From assembly GCA_965153285.1 (NCBI GenBank), contig OZ229110.1: DNA of 64,000 bases; one strand, written 5' to 3'. This DNA comes from Podarcis tiliguerta. Taxonomy: Eukaryota. Below the pieces are notes generated by a model. It did no database searches. It was not told where the DNA came from and saw nothing but the letters and a program-made list of their open reading frames with translations. The number at the start of each line of letters is the position of its first letter. Position 1 is the stretch's first letter. Positions 22,601-34,600 of this stretch are shown here, in pieces. Position numbers and translations under genes: made by a program.

Positions 22601-25600
22601 GAAGCGTAATTCTCACATGTGCACTCTTTATAACTTAATATATACCCATGTATCTTCAGGTATTTGTACTTTAGTACAAAATACTATAATGAAGCAGCCC
22701 TTAAATAAAGAAAAGAGCAAAACACAGAACAACAGCAAAGTGGGATGATGCTGACAAAATAAAAATAAATAGCTTAGCTAAGCAAATCATTAATTTGCAC
22801 AACAGTACATTCAGCTATAACTTCAGATGTATTTATGGCAAAACAAGAAGGCATCCATGATTAACGCAAACATGAATATAAGAACATTCAACTGACCATG
22901 AATGTTCCTTATCATTGTTGGATGAAGGGGATCCAGACTGGCATCGGCTCCTACAACTTAACCTTCAGGGAAGGCTTATGGAAATTAAGCAAACTTTGTC
23001 CCTTTCATATGGAGAAAGCTCAGTTTGAGACATGGTGAACCTGACAGAGTCAAATCTTTGAATTTTAAAAGAAACAGTGTAAAACTACACGGGTAGGCAA
23101 AGTAAGGCCCGGGGGCCCGGATACGGCCCAATCGCATTCTAAATGCGGCCTGCGGACAGTCCAGGAATCAGTGTGTTTTTACATGAGTAGAATGTGTCCT
23201 TTTATTTAAAATGCATCTGTGAGTTATTTGTGGGGCCTGGATGCAGCTTCAAAAGTATCAATCTAAAGTGGATGAATAGGCGATAAAGTGATCCACAATG
23301 GGAAAGAAAATCATAATTCACATATATTTACGGGGTCTGAACTGGCAGTGACCCAATCATCAAAGAGATCTTTGTGCCACTAGTGGCTAACTTGATGAAA
23401 ATGCAGAGGTCATATAGAACAGCTTGTCATCTTGGTGTCAATTTCTGTTCTTCAGGACAGCAGGAGACACTTTCCTTTTTTCTGAGCACTTATCTCACCT
23501 GCATAAGAAAGTGAAGGCCACGCCATAGCCGCCAAGCTGCAGGGGTGGGGGAAGCCACAAAAATGACTGAGAAGCGATGCAAGTGCGCCTCCCAAGGTGT
23601 GATGTGCTGGAGGTCAAATTCCTCTCTGAAGCCTAAGCAACCGTATTGCTTCAAAATGAAATCGTATTCACTTGAACGGTGCCAGATTGTAACTTTCTTT
23701 CAAGATCAAATCAATATTATTTTGATCCATTGTCATGGGGCCCCTAAAAAGCATGGGGCCCTTAAGCCAGTGCCTACTCTGCCTATTTGGTAATCCTGCA
23801 CTGCGCTTGAACTTAGCCAAGTAAATGTTTGAAAATGTTGTCATGATGCTAAAATTCCTGTCAGAAAACTGAATCAAATTTGAAATGGAGAGCAACACCA
23901 AAAAAAGGTGTTGTGTCTTAGAGAAGACTGGACAGTAGCAACTAGGAGGGGGTCACTTCCACAAAAGGAACAATGCTTGCTTCATTTTCAAAAGCCCTGC
24001 CTCAAGAACAAATTGTAGTTAATTATTTACCTATCTCGCCATTTATAAACCCATCCTATATCTGACACACATTTATATGAACACACACACACACTGCCAT
24101 CAGGTTCAGCCAACTCTTCATATAAACAATGAGCAAGAAACAGTAAATAAGCCCCCACAAAAAGCTTGGGCAAAAAGGTGCATCTTTAATCAGCACCAAA
24201 TATCAGTGCCACATGTTCCTCAGAAGGGAAATCATACCAGATTGGACACCAACACTGAGAAAGCTCTAGCATCTGGACATCCTTCTCCAACAATAAAGGA
24301 AAATAAAGTGGCTGTGTAACAGGATGAAAGGATTTTGCCAGTGAAAACCTACTAAAAGTGCAATTGCCAATATGAGCAGCTTATTTTGATAGAAGAGAAT
24401 ATGCTAGAGCACAAAACTGTTCTGGCCAGAAGACAAACTAGCAAGGATAACTTGAGAGACTAGTCAACCGTGTGCGATGGGGTTTCCATTTTAAGAACAA
24501 CCATTTTTGGGAAGTGTTTTAGGGTCATCCTCGTCACTCTCTTATGTTCCACTAAGATGCATAACATTTGCACACAACTTTAAAATGGTGGTGGTATCCT
24601 TTTTCTAAAGCAACAAATAATTCAGATATGGAACTGGATTCTGTGACCAGGCTTTGCTAGTGATAAGCTGCATACTATGCCAACTGCTTTCAGTTAAGGA
24701 GACCAAATATTTTATTTAGTAAATGTATGCCCTGTCTTTCTTTTAAAATGCCTGGTGTGTCTTACAACATAATTAGAACATTAGGGGGGAAATAAGAAAT
24801 AAAAAGGCAACAGACAAATTTAAGAGACAGAAGATGCAGGATCCAGCAGCTCATATGTCAGCAGATTAAAATTTCTTTAAAAAAAACCTCCCCCCAAAAA
24901 AATCTGGTCACTGAAATCCACAAAACAAAGGTATATGCTAAACATTACACCTGGTGGCTACAATCAAATCACACTTAAAATCTTTAATTTTGTTGTAGGA
25001 AGTTCTCTGTTTTGCCATGGATTTGTTTTTAAATGCTTTTAAAATGAAAGATGGCATGCCAGGCCAACATTAAACAAAATTAAAATGATCAAAACCCATG
25101 CTCTGAATCAAGCTCTTACCTTTTGAAGACAGCAGTTTCAGTTTTAGCATCTACAGTAAGGCTAAGGGTCTCCTTCATACTGCCATTCATTACTGTTTCA
25201 GTCACCTTGTCTGCATTTTCTACATCATCTTCTCCATCAGAACCAGCCTCCATTGCAATGCTTCCTGCAGCTGTAAATGCAAATTTGAACAGCTGAAAAG
25301 GCTTCAGGAGCTAATACTGATTTTTATTCTGGAACAATGTATTTTTTGCCATTTTTACAGTTGTACATTATCACAAAATAGAAACACGATCGTTTAGATA
25401 ATAAACGGTAGATAATAGAGTGTTTAATTTTCTATATTAACAACCCCACCTCCATTTTCTAGTCTATTTGGCAATTTGGATCACTTACAATAGCTAGCTA
25501 ATCACATTTGAAGCCACATCAGAGGGTTTTAATACCTCTTACATATCCATCAGTGATGTAATTTGGAAGAAATTCAGTGGCATAGTTTCAATTTCCATTA

Positions 25601-28600
25601 TTTTAGAAAGCAAGACATGCTTATCCTATTTACACAATTGATGTGTTTGTACATCATGAAAAACCATAGTTTATTCTGATGTGCATAAGCCACAGAGCCC
25701 TTTCCCTCCACACATGTAGCTGGGATGAGGATGTAAAAAAATATATATATTTTTACTTTCAGTTATTTGCCATTTGTCCTGTTGGCTAGCATTATAAACT
25801 GATTAACACTAACCCTGGTCTGTTTCAAACCTGGCTTGTTTAAACTAGACATATGGCAAACAGCAGGTAATTACAACTAAAACTCCCAAAATTCTTCCAG
25901 CGGCCAGCCACACAGGAGGAGCAAACACATGAACCAGAGGCTCACTGTGATTTGTGCAAGTAATGATAAACAATGGAGTATCAAATGCATATACAGCCAT
26001 ATGTGTGTCTGCATTATTTAAGTGCTTTTACCTTCTGGTTGCGTTGCAAGTGCTACATTTGCACTCAGAGGATCCATGGGCTCTGTGCTGGTTTCCATCT
26101 CTACGGGTGAATTGCTTCTTAAGGAATCTTTTGGACTTTGAAAGAAAACGAAAGCTTTGATGAATTCCATTTTTAGTGTTTATCAAAGTAAGTATGTTGG
26201 AACTATATTTTAGATTGGTTAAGCAGTCTGCCCATTCTGCATCATGTGAGTAGATGCCTCAACATTTTGTGCTGACGATTTGAGAGTTCTAGAAAACATT
26301 CATGTGCAATCAAAAGGGAATAAAAGGAAATGGAACACATATCAATGTATATGAGTTTATGGGAGTTTATGTCTATTTGAAAGCTAAAGAATCATTTATA
26401 ATTTCAACTCTCCCTGTTGTAATTAGGATATGAAGGGAAAAGACTGCAAAGTGAGCAGAGAACCTAAATTATTTGACTTCTACATATTGCAATCACAGAA
26501 ACATAGAAATAGCTGGAGAGCTGAAAAAGCACCATGTTACAGAGGAGAAGATACTGCAGGTGGTGCTGCGACCAAAAATAAAGTAATTTGTGTCTTTTTG
26601 GTGAGCAGTTGACAAAAGAAAATGTTTTCACTCCCCATATATTTGCTTTGGGGCTGCTGACTTGAGTACTCTATAGCAATTCTCAAATGCCAGAACAGAA
26701 CAAATAGAACCAAGTGAGGAGACAATATTCCTGCACTTATGTCTCCCCCTGCCCACCCCATAGTTCTCCCTATAGCTCTCTTATCAATTCAGAGATACAG
26801 TGGTGCCTCGCAAGACGAAATTAATTTGTTCTGCGAGTTTTTTCGTTCTGCGAGTTTTTTCGTCTTGTGAAGCACCGCTGTGTATTGACGGTTTCCCATA
26901 GGAATGCATTGCCGGTTTTAAAAAAAAGGCGCAAGATGTTTCATCTTGCGAAGCAAGCCCATAGGGAAATCTGTCTTGTGAAGCAACTCAGAAAACGAAA
27001 AACTCTTTCATCTTGCGAGTTTTTCATCTACCACTGTACATATAAACATTTTGACTTCCCGTAATAAAATTAAACTGCAGCTTTAAAAAGGCTCTCTGGG
27101 AATTAATCTTTTCAATTCAAGGTCTGCTTAAAACCAAATCCCTACACTCACAGACTCAGAACTCCCTCAATTTTCAGCTTAGCTCATGAAAAGAGTATCA
27201 GCGCTTTCACTCAAAACTAAATTCCATTTGATTCACAAGGCCTGAAGCAACACAGTACTTTCCTACCTTAGTGAAGATGTGAACTCTGAAAAGGAGGCCC
27301 AGCCAGTTTCTTTTGCTGGCATCGGCTCTTCTGTGCTCCAAACGTCAGACCCAACAGAATCCAGATTCGTACCATGTGTTGTTTCCATAGGAACATCAAA
27401 GTTAGCTGACCAGTTAGGTGCTGGAAAGATTGATACATTTATCATTTTTTAAAAAGCAAAAAACTAAGAAAGCAAAAAACTGCCATAGGACTAGGACTTA
27501 AAATATTAGATTAAAACAGATTTGGGAATTCCTTGGGCAACTTAAAACAATGCACACCTCATAAAGGAACATATATGATTTCAAAAGTACAATATTAGAA
27601 TATTCCATTCCAAAACCCTCTGGATTTTAGATTTCTCCAATCCTAGTAACCCTCAGTCCTCCAAAATATGTTTCCTATTCCAAAGGTTTGTCTGAATGTT
27701 TTCTTTAGCTCAAGGAAGAACGATTCTAAGGTTTAACTGGTTCAACAAATATTTGAGGCTTTGATTCAGACTTGCCTTGTTTCAACCCCAAAGCTTTAGT
27801 CACACATCTGTGCTCAACACTGGCATTTTAATTGCCACCATGTGTTTGATATACTATTGCTTATTATGGTCAATTTACCCCAGAACAAAGAAGGGAAGTT
27901 CTGTTTCACTTTTGAGTGTTTCTGGACAACCTGATTTTTGATCATTCATCCTGATTTGTCTTGCAGGGAAATTAGACAATGTTGGCTGTTTAATGAGCAT
28001 TCACTCTGATTTGTTTGTTGGGGAGAAGGTTAAGATGACATTGCATCAAATAATGTGTTATTTCCACACTTTCCATTGCATTACCCCATCACTTTACTTA
28101 CTTCAAAAAGTTTGATGTTTTGGGGAAGCAGGCTCCAATAAACTTTAATTGCACAAGCAGAGTTTACTGGTATGCGAAGGAATCTCACTTGAAAATAATG
28201 GCAGTCTGGAAGTGCCCTTCCTTAATAGAATTATGCTTTAAGATACTTCCAGTATCTTAAAGTGAGCAAGAAGCAGTGGCATAAAAACTACCTACCTTCA
28301 TTCAAATCTACTTCCATCTTGTCTTCTGTATTGGTGCTTGACTCAAACAAGTCCTGCTTTGTTCCATCCTCTTCTTCAGAATCTGTACTCTCCTCACTGT
28401 CTGTACTGCCTGAGCTTTTAAAAACAAAAAAAACCAAAAAGAACAGACACAAACAGAAATATTATTTCTACCACCCAAGAGGGGTTTGGGTTGGTTTGTT
28501 TGTTTTTTGCCATTTTTTGCCTTGATGACACAAAAGGCAACCACAGAATCTAAACTTTCCCACTGTTAATGGCAAAATTCCCACCAAACAAAACAATCTC

Positions 28601-31600
28601 TAGTTGGGATGTAACACTAAGCCAGGGATCATGGCTCTTGCTGGCTCGAAGGGAGAAATGAAGCTGGATCAATCTTTGCATTCCGGCAAAACATTAATTA
28701 TGGTTTACTGTGACATGTGAATTAGGTCACTTGCATCACCTAATTCAGGTATCTTCGACCTTCTCAGACTCAGAACCCACTTTTAACCCAAACATGAATT
28801 CAAGGCCCTATTTCCTAATTTTTTACCATATACTTTCATGGTGGTAGTGCTCCTGTTATGACCCACTTTGGATCAGGACGCAAGCCTGACTTAACCAGTT
28901 GAAGACAATAGTAGCATAGGGATAAGAATATCATCCAGATTACTGCTGGAATGTAATATATTCATCTTTGCATTACTCTTCCTAAAAGCACCTGGCACAA
29001 GCTTATCAGTGCTGAAATAGGTAAATCTGTTAGTTTTTGGATTAGATTTAATTAGAGGCAAAACATATTCTCTGCCATTTTAAAGTTACCTGGATCTTCT
29101 CTGAGATTCTGGTGCAAAAGCAATATGCTTCTCTTCCCAGATATCTTCCTCATCGGAACCACCATCATCAAACTGCTGTATTCTCTCCTTACAACACGCC
29201 TCAAACAAAGCAATATTGCCCTAATAATCATAAAAAGCAAATAAATTACAAAGACTAAATTCACCACTCATGAACACTGAATATCACATTTAGGTGGCTA
29301 GTCATTATATTATGTTTAAAAAAACAAAAGCAACAACTCTGTAGTGTTACCCAATACAATTAATATTCATACCCCAAACTGGAAAGAACAGATAGGCTTC
29401 CGGTAGAAAGTATTTTGTTCCATGTTTAAAGCAAAATTCAGATAGCGTCAGACTACTCTGCTGTTGTTCCTTAAATTTAGCATTGAAATTCCCAGAACAT
29501 AATATCACCAGCTCATAGGTAGTTGATCACTTTAAACTGGTTGATTATGCCGCACTGGAGACTTCCTATGACCTCTCCTTCCAAAGAAAGGGGCAACCAT
29601 TGTCTCACTGAATGAGTGCCCCCCCCCCCAAAATGCATTGGTATCAAGGATTGGTGCCAAGCTGAGTGAAAGCAGCGTGGAAGACTTGCATATTGCTTTC
29701 ACTTCAACAGGTGCCCTCATCCTCTGGGAATGCAAGATCCCTCCCAGAGGACTCTGGGTTGATCTCATTTCCTGGGACGAGTACTTGCAAGGGAGAAACA
29801 GCACATGTATTTTCCCTAGTCCTCACTGCAATTAAGAGATGGGGCAAGTTTTCCTCTGGAACACAAGGGAAGCCTCAACTTGAAACAGCTAACACTCCTG
29901 ATCTGACTAGGAGAGTTCATAGCAGAGCCACAAAAAAGACCCAGCCTGTGGGCTGCCAGTTCACTGTCTCTGCCATAGCACATTAGCTACCTTTATTACT
30001 CTGGCTGGGCATTCACTGTATCTGAAAACAATAGAACAAATGGGAAATGACCACATACCAGAAAGAAGTGCTCTTAATGTTAATTAATAAAACTAAAAAG
30101 GGTCAAGACCAATTTCGTCCCAAGATTAGGTCTCCAATAGTTTTACAGAATCAAAGAAACCTACACAGAGCCATCCTGAGAATACCAAGGACTTTCCGTG
30201 AGTTAATCCGCCCCACTCTGGCAATGCATTCCATCAGTTAACAGCTGATGTACTTTGGATGCTGCTTCACCAACATGCCCCTAAATCTGCACCTGTTAAA
30301 ACCATTTCTAGTCTCTTGTGAGGCTGAGGGACACAACTCCATTCTTCTTGAAAGCTTATCAACAGGGCTGATAAATTCTGGCTGACCAATGAACTGACTA
30401 GTCAATGAACATGTGGTTGCTAGGATTCTGCCTCCCCCCCCCCCCCAAGTACAAGGTTCTTTCCCCAACTTGACGCCTTTGATATGCATACTGAGGTCAG
30501 AGACAACCCCATGCTCTTGCCAGCACCAAATGTGAAGCTTGGGAGCAGATGGTGGGGGACTAATTCCTAGAACTGCACTGTGACTCTGCTTCCAAGGTGC
30601 TGCAAGAAGCTTAGATGCACCATATCAAAAGCAGCTCCAGGTTTCTACCTCATCTTGCAGTTGGGGAGGGGGCGCAGAACATCTCTATAGTTATGCTGGG
30701 CTTCCTCTGAGCATGTTGAAAGTGCAACACAAGAGCAGGGCCAGGCCCAACTGTCTCCTTCAGCTCCAAGATTGGGTGGCAGAACACTCATCATGGTGAC
30801 CAAAATTATGGACCCCTACCCATCAATATGTTTCCTGATAAAGATGCTTGAATCACTGCAGTGTTAAGACAGAAAGCCACAAAAATACCCCTCTTAAAAT
30901 GTTCCTCTTTACAAACAATGCCACCAAAAAGGGCAGGGCCTCTCCACTCACACATAGAGAGCATGTGAACAAACAGCATCCATCTTGAATTTTACAATAG
31001 CTGCAAGAATATACTTACACTTTCATTTGTATTGAGGGTAAAATTGATGTCTGATACGCGATCAAAAGAAACACTGTGAACAAAGTACAAATTTATACAC
31101 TAAAACAGAGAATAAATGGCATTCCACACAGACCCCTGAATTATTTCAGTTCACATCATTTTATAATCTCATGAAACTGATACATTCTTTTCTACTACTA
31201 AACTTGTGAGGATTTTGACTCGTTACATCCAAAAAAGGAGCCAAGACCCCTGTCACAGGCTCACAGAGCTGAAGAAACAAACAAAAATAGTATTGTGGAA
31301 AACAATCCTCACTATTAGTTACCTAAACTTATAGATAACCATGCTAAAACTGCCGTCAAATCAAATATTCTAATCAAGGAACAGATTAAATGATGAATAG
31401 ATTTAAGGGTGCCCACCTTCTTTAAACGAAGTATTAAAGCACTTTAATTTGTCAGTTCCAGATACTTAATTAAGCAGCACAGCGATAACTTACTGTATGT
31501 TTGGCATGCAAAGGCATTCACTGTGGACTGCATCTCTCCCATTTACTCTAGGCAAAGACATGTGACCATATTTTTTTCTTTATGCCCCCCCCCCCACTGT

Positions 31601-34600
31601 CTTCTCCTCAGTTGCATTCCATGGATAACTTGTAGGAAAATCATTTTGTAACCCTGACCCCATATAATTCAGAAGAGTAGTAATCTAGTTCAGTTGTGTG
31701 CATGCATGACAGAGTATGTACAGGTGAGGAAGTGGATTGCTTCACATACCAAACAAGAATAAAGCTTCACAGTAAGTAATCAATGTTCCATTCTCTTGCT
31801 TGGCATGAGAGACATCCACTGTGGGTTGTGGAAGAGCCCTGTATGATGCTGGATGGGTTGGGTGAGATAGGTGGCTGTCTACTGCTTGTTAAAGACCACA
31901 TGACTGCTCAACAGATGTTGGGGGATAGGAACCTTGGTGGATAGAGCAGCAGAGGTACCAGATGAAAAGTGGAGAGGACAGGTGTTTGGCTTCTCATGCT
32001 AATGGCTGTGTAGACTGATCTACCATACCAACGTACGGCCATTATAAGTCCAAACAACACTGAACTAGACAGACCAATTGACTGACTTGGTTAAAGGCAG
32101 TTTCCTATGACAAATGGTTACTACTGGAGAGAATGTACCAGCAATCCCTCCTATTTCATAGGGGTTCAGTACCAAGGTTTACATGTATACATGAAAACTG
32201 CATATAGTTAAACTCTTGAAGCTGCCCTGAAGCTAGCGGGTGGAAGGAGAGATAAAGAGCACCCACATACTCCCAAAGCTGGTGCACCAAGTGGGCTTCC
32301 CCCAGCCAGCAAGGTCAAGAGCATAAAAGTTATTTTCATTCAAAGTCTGCTTGGGTTACCCAGCACAAAAAGAGCTTTTAAGCTAGCTCTCTGATTTGCT
32401 TGCTGGGCAAGGCCCATTCGATGCACTGGCTCTAGAAGGCCAGCGATGTTCATGTGAAATCTCGAGAGAACATCCCATGGCCTTCCAGAACTGGCATGCT
32501 GAGCAAGCAAGGTGGAGAGCTTGAACGCACCTTTCGCAAAGAAGACCTGGCATGAAAAGAGCTTTTAAGCTCTCTGCCTTGCTTGGGAATTGACTTGTGC
32601 AATTTCAGCCAACTGCATATAACTGAAAACATGCAACTCAAATGTGCGTAAGATGAAAGAATTACTGTACATGCTCCACTACTTTAGCCACAGAGAGGGT
32701 CTGATCACCACCATTAGTTACTCTGGTCTTTGTAGAGCGATATACTGAGCCCAGGGTGGCATCTGCTATGAATTCTGATGCTTGGATTATTAATGTTATT
32801 ATTAGGAACATTCTATGAGAATCAATCAGAAAATAGGGATTCTAAACTTATCAACAAATTCTTATTGAAAAAGGAAGATGCATTTAGTAGGATCTAAAGT
32901 AGGCCTTTGAGCAGCCTTTACCTGATCTATGGAGCCCTGGCTTGTACAGATTGCATCACCAGATGTTAAAAATGATTCTCACTGGCTTGAATTATGCTGC
33001 TCTGCCATCTGGTGGCTGACTGAAAGCAATGCACCCGTTTCAGATGAGCAACATTGCACTGAGTTTTCTTGTCCCCCTTTAGACAAATTGTCCTTCTTTC
33101 TTTTGAGTTCGGTTTCCCCAGTGATCCAACATGGTGGATGCTCTGGTACAATTTTTCTTTTCCACTCATCTCTGCCTTTGGCAAATGGGACTGATAGAAC
33201 ACACAGCGGACACTCCCACACCAAACAGGGAACTAACCATTTTCCTTTACTATTTGGGAAGTAATGGGGGGGGGGGGGTTTCACTGTTTCCATAAACAGA
33301 TATGAAAACAAAACAATTGGTGCATATGCTTGCAGCCAGTCACAGGGAAGAGATCCAGCTACAGTACATAAATTAACTCACATTTTAAAACTGGGTAAGT
33401 TCTTACCTGTTCCAAACCTCCAAAGGCACACATTTAAAATATAATGAACTGACAGTGCCAATCAAATCTAGTAATATTATTGAACTCAAAGGATAAGCTA
33501 AATTAATCAGGTCTATGTTCACAACCTTCACTTATGCAAAAATTACACCATATGGATTAGCACCATACAGAACCCCACAGAAGTTGTGTTGGTTTTGTCA
33601 ATCTTCTATGAAAAGAAAACTTAATCAGAAACCTGGTACACAGTGCATTCAGAACACAGTACTCTGGATTGGGATAAAGAGGCTTCAGAGAGAGAAATCA
33701 ACATTGTGAGCATTCTGGTCTATTATTTTAGTGACAGTCATAAGAAGAGTTTGCTTCATAAATGCTAGGGATAGAGGCGTTAGACGTGAGGCATAATTTA
33801 AAGGGAAAATTCCTCTTATGAGTGCACAAAATGTGTAACTGGAAAATGAACAAGCTGACTATACACAGATTATAACTAGAGAGACAGCCACTAACCATTG
33901 CAACACAAACAAATGGAAAACAAAAAGGCAGACATTAAATTTTAAAATACTCACTTGCCGANNNNNNNNNNNNNNNNNNNNNNNNNNNNNNNNNNNNNNN
34001 NNNNNNNNNNNNNNNNNNNNNNNNNNNNNNNNNNNNNNNNNNNNNNNNNNNNNNNNNNNNNNNNNNNNNNNNNNNNNNNNNNNNNNNNNNNNNNNNNNNN
34101 NNNNNNNNNTACTTGCCCATTTTGCTCCAGAAACACTTTCTCCTAAATTATATATCTATGAACTATCGAATGTTGAAACTTGTTGGCCTTAGGGCAAGTG
34201 CTTGGTAAAAGTTGCTCTTCTGTAATGATTCGGTTACTTTTTCATAAAGTAATAATGAAGTTACTCTTTTAAAAACTATAGGTAAAAAGGCAACAAGAGT
34301 TTGGATAGTCTTACAGAAGTAGCTTGAAGAGAAACAGTGTGACACCTCCATCAAATTATTTGAGGAAGATACAGGGAAGTCTTTTTTGGATCCAGCAAAA
34401 GTTACATATATTTTGGAGGCAGTATCTACAAAGCAATTTCCTTACTAAGAAGGTTGCATCCACTAACATGGTTCTGGTAAATGAATTAGGTGCCTCATGA
34501 TGCCACCAAACAAGGCATTCAACAAATATTTAAGATAGCATCTTAATTTTCTGCATAGGCCACAGAAAAAAGAAAAGCTATTGCAACAGTTTGGAGCTCT

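Noticed and set aside
33935-34146. ORFs with poly-X
   Set aside because: Artefacts of translating the N gap.
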